Source: an uncultured Actinomycetota bacterium
Lineage (GTDB): Bacteria; Actinomycetota; Actinomycetes; Propionibacteriales; Nocardioidaceae
Direction of reading: 5' to 3'
Length of the DNA stretch: 64,000 nucleotides
Assembly (NCBI GenBank): GCA_963737725.1
Contig: CAVTTO010000001.1
Location: 22,730 to 86,729, forward strand
Part shown: positions 10,781-19,252 of the stretch, piece after piece
Layout: each line of letters starts with the position of its first letter
How positions within the stretch are numbered: position 1 is the stretch's first letter
Program-made: the position numbers and the translations under genes
The notes under the pieces: model-generated
Databases searched by the model: none
Told to the model about the DNA's origin: nothing
What the model saw: the letters and a program-made list of their open reading frames with translations, nothing else

Positions 10781-10800
10781 ATGAGGCTGAGGGGCCTTAC
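10764..10800. terminator. perfect 13-bp stem hairpin (GTAAGGCCCCTCA / TGAGGGGCCTTAC, 11-nt loop)
   Basis: Read directly from the sequence. It lies at the 5' boundary of the DUF1254/1214 remnant. No clear U-tract on either strand. Confidence 0.5.
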
Positions 10801-11024
10801 GGGTGGTCGGAGGGCTGTGACGCCTCCGTCCGACCGGTCGTCCCGTCAGGTCCCGTCAGCCTCGTCACCGGCTGCCGCGGCGAGTTGCCCCGCCGGATGG
10901 ACCCTCGATCTCGTCCGATCCCGCCTTCCCTCTCGGGAGGGCGTGAGAGATTTATACGGGGCCGGAGTCGGGTCGCACAAGGCTTTCCAGCGAAGATTTT
11001 CGGGGAATTTCTCGGCCCACCGAG

Positions 11025-11111
11025 TTACCCACAGACAACGCGTGTTCGTCCACCGAGAGACGTGATTTCTCCACAGCTCGTCCCCAGGTTCGAACGCCGA
11101 CCTGTGGACGA
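11025..11111. promoter_or_regulatory. cluster of four DnaA-box-like 9-mers in a locally AT-richer stretch
   Basis: The four boxes are TTACCCACA (11025-11033), TTCGTCCAC (11045-11053), TTCTCCACA (11067-11075) and TGTGGACGA (11103-11111, which is TCGTCCACA on the minus strand). The actinobacterial consensus is TT(G/C)TCCACA. Confidence 0.25.
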
Positions 11112-11122
11112 CGTCCGTGGGG

Positions 11123-11968
11123 TCAGCTCGGGCTCCAGACCCAGTCGACGCGTTCCTTCTGCTTCTCGTTCGCGACGTCGGCCCGGGCCTGTGACGGCAG
11201 CTGGACCGAGGTGTCCGGCAGCTTCTCCAGGACGTTGACGACGAGCTCGGTCAACGCGCGGACCGTCAGCGACGGGTTGCTCAGGTGCGGGTCGTGCGCC
11301 GCGTGCAGCTCGCGGTAGTGCCAGAACCCGTCCGCGGCGCGACGCGTCATCGCCTCGATCGGGTCGACGTCGCCCTCGTCGAGCAGCTCGGTCATCGTGC
11401 AGCGCAGGAACGCCCGCGGTACGTGGTGGATCGCCCCGGAGAGGTAGACCGGCTCGACGAACGTCATCGCCGGCTGGTCCCGCAGCCGCGCGGCGTGGGA
11501 GGCCCGCTCCTCCGGCGACTCGAAGCTCGCCGGCGGGAGGGGGTCGACCAACGTCGGCACGCGCCAGTCCTCGCCGGACTGCTCCACACTGCCGCGCACG
11601 AAGTCGCCGAACGCCGCCGGCAGCATGTCGAGGGCGCACTCGCCGTCCTCCGGGACGAGCGCGTCGAGGTAGGCCACGAGCCCCACCCGATGGGCCACCC
11701 GGTCTGCCGCACATGTCGCGGGGATGCCGCCGTACCCGCTGGCGACCAGGACGACGTGGTGCAGGTCCTCGAACTCCAGCACCCCGACGATGTCCTGGAC
11801 ATGCGTCGACAACCCCACGGGCTGACCACTCGCCAGGTGGCTGTGCTCCCCCATCCCGGACAGGGTCGGGGTGTACACCTCGTGCCCCAACCCGCGCAGC
11901 AGTCGCGCGACGGGCGTCCACTCCCAGCCGCCCCCGAATCCCCCGTGCACGATCACAAATGTGGCCAT
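11123..11968 (-). CDS. alpha/beta-hydrolase fold protein (esterase-like) with atypical nucleophile elbow
   Basis: MATFVIVHGGFGGGWEWTPVARLL... is a typical short alpha/beta-hydrolase N-terminus. The expected VLVGHSYGG reads VLVASGYGG. Confidence 0.8.
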   Translation of the reverse strand: MATFVIVHGGFGGGWEWTPVARLLRGLGHEVYTPTLSGMGEHSHLASGQPVGLSTHVQDIVGVLEFEDLHHVVLVASGYGGIPATCAADRVAHRVGLVAYLDALVPEDGECALDMLPAAFGDFVRGSVEQSGEDWRVPTLVDPLPPASFESPEERASHAARLRDQPAMTFVEPVYLSGAIHHVPRAFLRCTMTELLDEGDVDPIEAMTRRAADGFWHYRELHAAHDPHLSNPSLTVRALTELVVNVLEKLPDTSVQLPSQARADVANEKQKERVDWVWSPS

Positions 11969-12145
11969 ACCACGATGGAACCGCGTGGCGGCCGACTGGC
12001 GACAATAGCCCGCACGGGTGACGAGGGACGAGGCAGAAATCGGGCATTTTTCGCCATGCGATCGTACTGACGACCCCTTCAGGACAGACCGTGAGGGACC
12101 GATGACGAACCGTCGACGAACGGCTGATCGCCCTCCCCGATCGGG

Positions 12146-13609
12146 TCAGTCGCGAAGCCAGGTTCGGGCGGTCTCACGAAGCCGTTCACGCCGCTCGTCG
12201 GCGAGCTTGTCGAGCTGCCGGACCATCATCGACGAGCGTCGGTTGTCCAGGAAGACGTCACGGAAGTCGTCGACGAACTGCCAGTACAAGGCGTCCCAGA
12301 CCTCGCACCAGTCCCCCTGCTCGAAGTCGCTCATCCGGCGCAGGTATGCCGACGCGCTGACGTACGGCTTCGTCGTGATCAGGTCGCCCGCCGCGAACTG
12401 GCTCATCGCGTAGACGTTGGGCACCATCACCCAGTCGTACGCGTCGACGAACATCGTCATGAACCAGGCGTAGACCTCGTCCGGGTCGAAGCGGAGCAGC
12501 AGCATCGCGTTGCCGAGGACCATCAGCCGCTCGATGTGATGGGCGTACGCCGTCTGCTCGATCCGTCCGATCACGGTGTCGACCGGGCCGAGTCCGGTCG
12601 TGCCGTCCCACCACGACGACGGGATCGCACGCGTCAGCTCCAGGGCGTTCTGCGTGCGCATCCGGCGCCCGAAGATCAGGTAGGTGGCGCGCATGTACTC
12701 CCGCCACCCGATCACCTGGCGGACGAAGCCCTCGACGCTGGCGATCGGGACGTCGTGCTCCTCGGCGTACGCCAGAGCTCGGTCGACGACGTCGCGTGGG
12801 TCGAGCAGGCCGATGTTCATCAGCGGCGACAGCACGGAGTGGAACAGGTACGACTCGTCCGCGACCATCGCATCCTCGTACGGGCCGAACAGCGCGAACC
12901 GCTGCTCGAGGAAGCGGGTCAGCCAACGCTCGGCCTGGCCGCGCGTGGTCGGCCAGCGGAACGCCTCGGCGTCCCCGGGGTTGTCCGGGAACGCCTCGAC
13001 GACCCAGTCGATCGCGGCGACGGTGTGCTCGGTCGCCTGCGTGCGGGGCAGGGCCGGGACCTCCACGTCCTCGGGCAGCTTCTTGCGGTTCTCGGGGTCG
13101 AAGCTCCACTTCCCGCCGACCGGATGGTCGCCGTCCACCAAGATGTCGAGCCGCTTGCGCTGCCACTCGTAGAAGTGGTTCATCCGCCGTGGCCGGTTGG
13201 AGAAGTACTTGCGCAGCTCGGTGCGGGTGGTGAGGAAGCCGGGTGACTCCATCCGCTCGCGCTCGACACCGGCGTCCTTCAGCGTCGCGGAGACGTGCTG
13301 CTCGAGCCAGTCGTCGACGACGTCGAAGTACGACGCCGTGGTGACCTTGCGGCGCCGGAACAGCTCGACGAGCTGGTCGTGGGTGCTCGTGTCCGGGCTC
13401 GACTCGACGTACGCCGTCCGCAGCCCCTTCTCCTCGAGCTCGTCGACGAACGACCGCATGCTCGACCGGTGCAGCACGAGCTTCTGCCGGTGGAAGGGGT
13501 ACTGCCGGAAGAACAGGTCGTCCTCGACCAGGACGAACAGGGTCGTGCGATCGGCGTCGAGGTGCTCCCGGAAGAGCTGGTGCGGGAAGACGAGCCGCGC
13601 GGCAGTCAC
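12146..13609 (-). CDS. cryptochrome/photolyase-family protein (photolyase-related, DPRP type)
   Basis: 487-aa ORF. LVFPHQLF...FFRQYPFHRQKLVLHRSSMRSF...FYEWQRKRL...AYAHHIERLMVLGN...PYVSASAYLRRMSDF is characteristic of the deoxyribodipyrimidine photolyase-related family. Confidence 0.85.
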   Translation of the reverse strand: MTAARLVFPHQLFREHLDADRTTLFVLVEDDLFFRQYPFHRQKLVLHRSSMRSFVDELEEKGLRTAYVESSPDTSTHDQLVELFRRRKVTTASYFDVVDDWLEQHVSATLKDAGVERERMESPGFLTTRTELRKYFSNRPRRMNHFYEWQRKRLDILVDGDHPVGGKWSFDPENRKKLPEDVEVPALPRTQATEHTVAAIDWVVEAFPDNPGDAEAFRWPTTRGQAERWLTRFLEQRFALFGPYEDAMVADESYLFHSVLSPLMNIGLLDPRDVVDRALAYAEEHDVPIASVEGFVRQVIGWREYMRATYLIFGRRMRTQNALELTRAIPSSWWDGTTGLGPVDTVIGRIEQTAYAHHIERLMVLGNAMLLLRFDPDEVYAWFMTMFVDAYDWVMVPNVYAMSQFAAGDLITTKPYVSASAYLRRMSDFEQGDWCEVWDALYWQFVDDFRDVFLDNRRSSMMVRQLDKLADERRERLRETARTWLRD

Positions 13610-13628
13610 GGCGACATCATCCCTCAGC

Positions 13629-14474
13629 TCATCCGCGCCCGCCGTGGCCCTCCGGGCCGCCCTCGAAGCGGGCCAGGGCCACCGCGCCGGCGCAGGTCAG
13701 CACGAATCCGACCACGGCGACCGCCGCCATCCCGTCCCGCACCGTGTCGTCCAGCAACGCGACGCCGACGACTGCCGGCGTGACGGTCTGCAGCACGATC
13801 ATCGGACCCGTCGCCTCGGTGACCGAGCCGCGGCGCAGGGCGAGCGAGTAGAGCCCGTAGGCCAGCGCCCCGTAGATGGGGAGGGCGTACGTCGCAGGGG
13901 CGTCCCAGAGCTCGGCCGGGGTCAGTCCGGGCAGGACGCGCGCGGACAGGCCGCTTCCGGCGAAGCCGAGCCCGGCGAGCACACCCAGCGCGCTGGCGAC
14001 GTACGCGGACTGGCTCCGGTAGACCGCGATCCCGAGCAGCAGCACGACCACGATGCCGACGTACAGCCCGAGCACGAAACCGTCCGGCGGGTCGCCCTCA
14101 CCGATGTCGCCCGAGGCGATCGCCAGCACGGCCAGGCCGACGGTGATCGCGGCGACGGCCCACCAGTCCGCCGTGGTGAGTCGCTCGTGGATCAGGGCGA
14201 CGGCCAGCAGCGCGGTGACGGCCAGGCTGCCGGCGATCCCGGCCTGGGCGAGGTACAGCGGAATCGTGCGCACGGCGACGAGATGAAGGCAGAACCCGGC
14301 GATGCTCAGCGCCACCGACGCCAGGAAGAGCGGCTCGCGCAGCAGCCGAAGGAGCAGCCGGCGCGCGTTCGGCGCGTCGACGTGACGGACCGCGCGGGCC
14401 TGGAGGACCGCGGCGAAGCCGAACACCACGGCGGCGGTCAGCGCCGCGGACAGTCCTAGTGCCTGGGCGCCCAA
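13629..14474 (-). CDS. integral membrane protein (DMT/EamA-like)
   Basis: TTG 14474. About 9-10 hydrophobic helices. Lies 19 nt upstream of the photolyase-related gene on the same strand, so likely co-transcribed. Confidence 0.6.
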   Translation of the reverse strand: MGAQALGLSAALTAAVVFGFAAVLQARAVRHVDAPNARRLLLRLLREPLFLASVALSIAGFCLHLVAVRTIPLYLAQAGIAGSLAVTALLAVALIHERLTTADWWAVAAITVGLAVLAIASGDIGEGDPPDGFVLGLYVGIVVVLLLGIAVYRSQSAYVASALGVLAGLGFAGSGLSARVLPGLTPAELWDAPATYALPIYGALAYGLYSLALRRGSVTEATGPMIVLQTVTPAVVGVALLDDTVRDGMAAVAVVGFVLTCAGAVALARFEGGPEGHGGRG

Positions 14475-14647
14475 GGTTCACCCCGGCGAGCGGCGTCTGG
14501 CGGAGTGCACGGCCAGGCGGAGGAGAGATGGCGATGCGCAGCATCGTCGAACGACGACAACGCCGCCGGGTGCCCGCCAGGCGACGCGCAGCGGGTGAAC
14601 GTTGGGTGGCGAGGCACGAAGAGCACGGCGCAAACCTACGGTGCGGT

Positions 14648-15529
14648 CTAGTCGTCCAGCTCCGCGGCGATCGCGTCCTTCGAGAGTCGCTTGGCCGGGA
14701 GCCGCGGGAGCACCCAGGAGAGGTAGATCGACAGGCCCACGTAGTACGCGAGGTAGGCGAACGACAGCGCCACCACGATCGCGTTGGTGTCCGGCATCTG
14801 CACCAGCAGGATCGCGTACGTGACGAGCCAGACCGTGGTGAGCGCGATGTTCACCCCGCGCAGGACCTTGGTCCGCGACGGGTAGACGTAGCGGATGGGC
14901 ACGAAGACCAGGACGGTGCAGGCGAGCAGGATGACCGCCGTCGTCGCCGACCCGAGGTCGAGCACGAAGACGTAGAACGCCACGACGTTCCAGTAGCTCG
15001 GGAAGCCGAGGAAGAAGTGGTCGGCCGTCTTCGCGTCGGTGCGGCAGAACTGGTAGCAGGAGGCGATCAGCGGGAGCACCGCGACCAGCTTGCCGAGCCA
15101 GCCGTCCGGAAGCCGCCCGGTCGTCCAGAGCAGCACCATCGGGGCGAAGGCATAGGTCAGGTAGTCGACGATGTCGTCGAGCCGGGCACCGTCGAAGGAG
15201 GGGATCGTCTCGCTCACCCGCAGGTAGCGCGCGGTCATCCCGTCGGTGCCGTCGATGATCAGCGCGATCAAGGACAGCCACAGCGCCTGCTCGATGTCGC
15301 CCTGGAAGGCCGCGACCACGATCAGGAACCCGAAGACCACACCGACCGCGGTGTAGAGATGCAGCAGCCAACCCGCGAACTTCAGCCCGGTGGAGCCGAT
15401 CGCCGCCTTGGGCGCAACCGGAGACTCGGAGTCGGGTGCGGGCTCTGGTGCAGACTCAGGCGCGGGATCGTGCGTCGCCTCGTGAGTCGTCAGGGTGATC
15501 CCCTCGGCTCTCTCGTCGAATCGGCGCAT
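14648..15529 (-). CDS. pcs: CDP-alcohol phosphatidyltransferase, phosphatidylcholine synthase-like
   Basis: ORF 14648..15847 trimmed to ATG 15529. The motif DGTDGMTARYLRVSETIPSFDGARLDDIVD matches DGx2ARx12Gx3Dx3D. ...FLGFPSYWNVVAFYVF...FVPIRYVYPSR matches my memory of bacterial Pcs. Confidence 0.7.
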   Translation of the reverse strand: MRRFDERAEGITLTTHEATHDPAPESAPEPAPDSESPVAPKAAIGSTGLKFAGWLLHLYTAVGVVFGFLIVVAAFQGDIEQALWLSLIALIIDGTDGMTARYLRVSETIPSFDGARLDDIVDYLTYAFAPMVLLWTTGRLPDGWLGKLVAVLPLIASCYQFCRTDAKTADHFFLGFPSYWNVVAFYVFVLDLGSATTAVILLACTVLVFVPIRYVYPSRTKVLRGVNIALTTVWLVTYAILLVQMPDTNAIVVALSFAYLAYYVGLSIYLSWVLPRLPAKRLSKDAIAAELDD

Positions 15530-15575
15530 CCGCGCCTTGACCACTCTCTCACAGCAGGTGCGGTACAAAGAGTTC

Positions 15576-16556
15576 ATGGCGCGGCGAGAGACCACCGAGG
15601 CAGTCGCGGACGTGCCGGGGCCGGCTCTGGCCACCTTGACCCAGGACCGGTTCTCCCGCCCGAACTGGATCTTCGAGCGCAAGCTCGACGGGATGCGCAT
15701 CCTGGGCTCGCGCTCCGGGGCGACGGTGCGGATCCGGAGTCGTCGCGGGGCCGACGTGGGCGCCAGCTTCCCGGAGATCGTCGACGCCCTGGAGGCCGTC
15801 GACGCCCCGGACTTCGTCGTGGACGGTGAGGTGGTCGCCTTCGACAAGGGTCAGACCAGCTTCGGCAGGCTGCAGCCGCGCATCCACATCAGCGACCCGG
15901 ACCGGGCCCGCCGGATCGGCGTCACGGTCTACTACTACCTGTTCGACGTGCTGCATCTCGACGGGCACAGCACGCGCGGCCTCCCGCTGCGGGAGCGCAA
16001 GGCGCTGCTCAAGGACCTCTTCGACTGGGACGACCCGCTGCGGTACACCCAGCACCGCAACACCGACGGCGTGGACTACTTCCGGGAGGCGTGCAAGGCC
16101 GGCTGGGAGGGGCTGATCGCCAAGCGCGCCGATGCGCCGTACACCTCCGGTCGGACGACGAACTGGCTGAAGTTCAAGTGCGAGCGCGGCCAGGAGTTCG
16201 TCGTCGGTGGGTGGACGGATCCGCAGGGCTCCCGCACGGGCTTCGGCGCACTGCTGCTCGGCTACTACACGCCGTCAGGCGAGCTCGTGTACGCCGGCAA
16301 GGTCGGGACCGGCTTCGACCAGAAGCTGCTGGGGTCGCTGCGCAAGGAGCTCGAGGCGATCACGGTCGAGCAGACGGCGTACGACGAGAAGACTCTGCCG
16401 ACCGCACCGGCCTTCCGCCGCAGCGTGCACTGGGTGAAGCCGACGATGGTGGCCCAGGTCGGGTTCTCCGAGTGGACACGCGACGGCCAGCTCCGCCACC
16501 CGAAGTTCCTCGGCACCCGCACCGACAAGGACCCCCGCGAGGTCGTCCGCGAGTGA
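15576..16556 (+). CDS. ATP-dependent DNA ligase (ligase-only, LigC/LigD-ligase-domain type)
   Basis: ATG 15576. The adenylation motif I is ERKLDGMRIL. ...EGLIAKRADAPYTSGRTTNWLKFK... and an OB-domain tail are present. No Ku gene is adjacent. Confidence 0.85.
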   Translation: MARRETTEAVADVPGPALATLTQDRFSRPNWIFERKLDGMRILGSRSGATVRIRSRRGADVGASFPEIVDALEAVDAPDFVVDGEVVAFDKGQTSFGRLQPRIHISDPDRARRIGVTVYYYLFDVLHLDGHSTRGLPLRERKALLKDLFDWDDPLRYTQHRNTDGVDYFREACKAGWEGLIAKRADAPYTSGRTTNWLKFKCERGQEFVVGGWTDPQGSRTGFGALLLGYYTPSGELVYAGKVGTGFDQKLLGSLRKELEAITVEQTAYDEKTLPTAPAFRRSVHWVKPTMVAQVGFSEWTRDGQLRHPKFLGTRTDKDPREVVRE

Positions 16557-16669
16557 CCACGGCGTAGGAGGCGGCTCACAGGCCACTCACAGGAGCGACC
16601 CAGGTCGCGGCCAAGCTGCGCGGATTGGCTCGTCACGTCAACAGACGCGAAGAGCATCGAGGAGCCGCC

Positions 16670-17924
16670 GTGACCGAGCACCCGTCCGACCCCACCACTC
16701 CCCTCCCGGACGAGCAGCCGCTCGACCTCGACCGCGAGCGGCGGCGCCGTCGCAGGCTCAAGGTGATCGTCGCGACCGCGATCACCGGCACCCTCGTGAC
16801 GGGCGCGACCTCGTACGCCGTGGTGTCCAGCCGCGGTGCCGCCGAGGAGGTCGCCGGCGTCACCCCGATCACCGACGCCCCGTCGTACACCCCGTCGAAC
16901 CCCTCGACCGGGGACTCCGGTGGGTCCGGGTCGGTGCCGCAGCTTCCGCAGCAACCGGGACTCGGACAGCAGGACCCGTTCGGCGGCTCGCTCGCCGAAA
17001 GCACGGACACGACTGCCGCGACCGACGAGCAGCAGGTCGGCGTCGTCGACATCTACACCGAGCTGGCGGACGGATCGGAGGCCGCGGGAACGGGCATGGT
17101 GCTCACCAGCAACGGCGAGATCCTGACCAACAACCACGTCATCGAGGACTCGACCGACATCAAGGTCGTCATCGTGTCGACGGGGACGACGTACGACGCC
17201 TCGGTCGTCGGGACCGACCCGGGTGACGACGTCGCAGTGCTCCAGCTGGCCCACGCGTCCGGCCTGGACACGGTCACCACCGACACCGCCGACCCGGTCG
17301 CCGCGGGCGACGACGTGACCGGTGTCGGCAATGCGGGTGGGGACGGTGGCGACCCGAGCGCGGCGAGCGGCACCGTCGTCGCGGTCGACCAGAAGATCAC
17401 CGTGCGCAGCGAGTCCGGCTCCGGCAAGGAGCGGCTCACCGGCCTGATCGAGGTCGACGCCGACATCATCTCCGGCGACTCCGGTGGACCGCTGTACGAC
17501 GCGGACACCGAGGTCGTCGGGATGAACACGGCCGCGTCGAGCGGTCCGGGCAACGTCACGGGCTACGCCATCCCCATCGCGACTGCGTTGGCGATCGCCG
17601 ACGACATCGAGGCGGGTCGGACCACGGGCGGGATCCAGCTCGGATACCCGGGGTTCCTCGGCGTCGCGTTGGAGCGCGCGACCGGGGCTGCGGAGGGCGC
17701 GACCGTCGCCGGGGTGCAGACCCGGTCGGCGGCGGCCCGCGCCGGGATCTCGGCCGGTGACACGATCACGTCGTTCGACGGCGTCGCCGTCGCGTCGGGC
17801 AAGCAGCTGTCGCGACTCGTCGGTGCGCACGCGGCCGGACGACCAGGTCAGCGTCGGCTGGACCGACAGCGGGGGGACCTCCCACACCGCCACCGTCACC
17901 CTCGGCGAAGGCCCCGCCCTCTGA
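16670..17924 (+). CDS. HtrA-like S1C serine protease with PDZ domain; one frame interruption as assembled
   Basis: GTG 16670 follows GAGGAG; TTG 16625 is an alternative start. TM segment present. The catalytic blocks are TNNHVIED, DVAVLQL and GDSGGPLYD, and the PDZ region is GATVAGVQTRSAAARAGISAGDTITSFDG. A shift near 17835 restores ...DDQVSVGWTDSGGTSHTATVTLGEGPAL with TGA at 17922-17924. Confidence 0.8.
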
Positions 17925-17942
17925 CCACCCGCGGTTCGGGTT

Positions 17943-17998
17943 CGGTGGTTGAGCTTGTCGAAACCTGCCCACCCGGGTCTCGACAGGCTCGACCACCG
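17943..17998. repeat. family-1 palindromic element, copy A
   Basis: Arms are CGGTGGTTGAGCTTGTCGAAACC and GGGTCTCGACAGGCTCGACCACCG with a 9-nt loop. The three arm mismatches are all transitions. It lies between the convergent protease and dksA-like genes. Confidence 0.8.
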
Positions 17999-17999
17999 G

Positions 18000-18326
18000 T
18001 CAGGCGTGGTCGATGCAGCGGGTGGCCCAGGGTCGGGCCTCCAGCCGCGCGGCTCCGATCGGTCGCCCGCAGACGTCGCACGCGCCGTAGGTCTCGTCGA
18101 CCAGCTTCTCCTCGGCACGGGTCACCTCGGCCAGCAGCAGCTGCAGCTTGTCGTGCGCCGGCACCGCGGACAGCCGGTCGACCGCCTGGCTCGTCCCCTC
18201 GCCGACCCGCTTGCCGAACGAGATGTTGCCGAGCTCCTGAGGTGGCGCCGACATCTCGGCGAGCTGCTCCTCGAGCTGGTGCCGCTTGGCGGCCAGCTCG
18301 TCAGCCACCGCGGCGAGGTCGGTCAT
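18000..18326 (-). CDS. DksA/TraR-family zinc-finger protein
   Basis: ORF 18000..18392 trimmed to ATG 18326 (MTDLAAVADELAAKRHQLEEQL...). Coiled-coil N-terminus with a C-terminal ...YGACDVCGRPIGAARLEARPWATRCIDHA. Confidence 0.7.
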   Translation of the reverse strand: MTDLAAVADELAAKRHQLEEQLAEMSAPPQELGNISFGKRVGEGTSQAVDRLSAVPAHDKLQLLLAEVTRAEEKLVDETYGACDVCGRPIGAARLEARPWATRCIDHA

Positions 18327-19219
18327 CTCGCCATCGTCCCATGCGCCTTCGGTGATCGAGCTTGTCGAGATCCGCTGGCATGGTCTCGACAAGCTCGACC
18401 GACCGATCTAGCGAGGCGGGACGCAGCCAGGCGCTCCAGCGGATCAGCGCGTGGTAGCCCATCCGCTCGTAGACCGGTCGGCCGTCGTCGCTGGCGAGCA
18501 GCATGGCCGGCGCGTCAGGCTGCGACAGGGTGGCCGCCCAGGTCACCGCCGAACCGGCCCCGCGTCCCCGCGCAGCAGGAAGGGCCGCGACGTACTCGAC
18601 CAGGGTCGCGTTCGCCGCGTGGTGCGCCGCCGCGACCGACATCGGCTCTCCGTCGACATAGCCCAGCCACACCTGAGTCGTCCCGTCGAGCAGCCCCGGG
18701 CCGAACAGGTCACCCGGTGACAGCGGCTGCATCTCGGGCATCGGGTAGCCCTCGACGAGGATCCGTTCGGCAAGAGCCAGCGACGCGGCGTCGGAGACCT
18801 CGCGCACCTCGACCCCCTCGCGGCGTCGTGTCCGGTCCCGGCCCCGGGAACCGCACCATCAGCGGCGGGTGCCCGATCGACGTGAGGCCGTGTGCCGCCA
18901 GCTCCCCCGGCCACGGATCCACCAGCAGGAACGGCACGTGAGCCGGGATCACCTCGCCGATGCCGGCGATCACCGCGGCCGGGTCGGTCATCGGCCGGGT
19001 GACGAAGCCGATGTTCGTCAGCGCGCCGCGGTCGCCGATCCAGGCTGCCGACCAGTCGTCCGTACGCCGGGCAGGTCTGCCGGTGCTGGCTGCGACAGCG
19101 ACCGGCCAGGACGCGTGCACCTCGACGGCCTGCCGGATCAAGGTGTCGTCGGCGGAGGTCTCCGGCTCCCAGCCGTCGGCCAGGTGTTCCTCGGGATCGG
19201 GCACCACGGAGTCCGTCAT
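18301..19219 (-). CDS. GNAT-family N-acetyltransferase; one frame interruption; 3' end runs into a repeat element
   Basis: ATG 19219 (MTDSVVPDPEEHL...). The N-terminal part is in ORF 18710..19219. The C-terminal acetyl-CoA-binding part (...VAALPAARGRGAGSAVTWA...RPVYERMGY) is in ORF 18301..18807. The joint is at the C5 run 18813-18817 (PDTTPRG | GVEVREV). The true stop is uncertain. Confidence 0.65.
18350..18405. repeat. family-1 palindromic element, copy B
   Basis: Arms are CGGTGATCGAGCTTGTCGAGATC and GGTCTCGACAAGCTCGACCGACCG with a 9-nt loop. It lies between the GNAT and dksA-like genes and is read through by the GNAT ORF (...SVELVETMPADLDKLDHRR...). Confidence 0.8.
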
Positions 19220-19252
19220 GCATCACGTATACCGAGATCGTCAACGCAGCGC

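Noticed and set aside
11025-11111. Chromosomal oriC
   Set aside because: Only four imperfect boxes are present, with no dnaA/dnaN/rpmH context. It is kept only as a DnaA-box-like cluster of unknown meaning.
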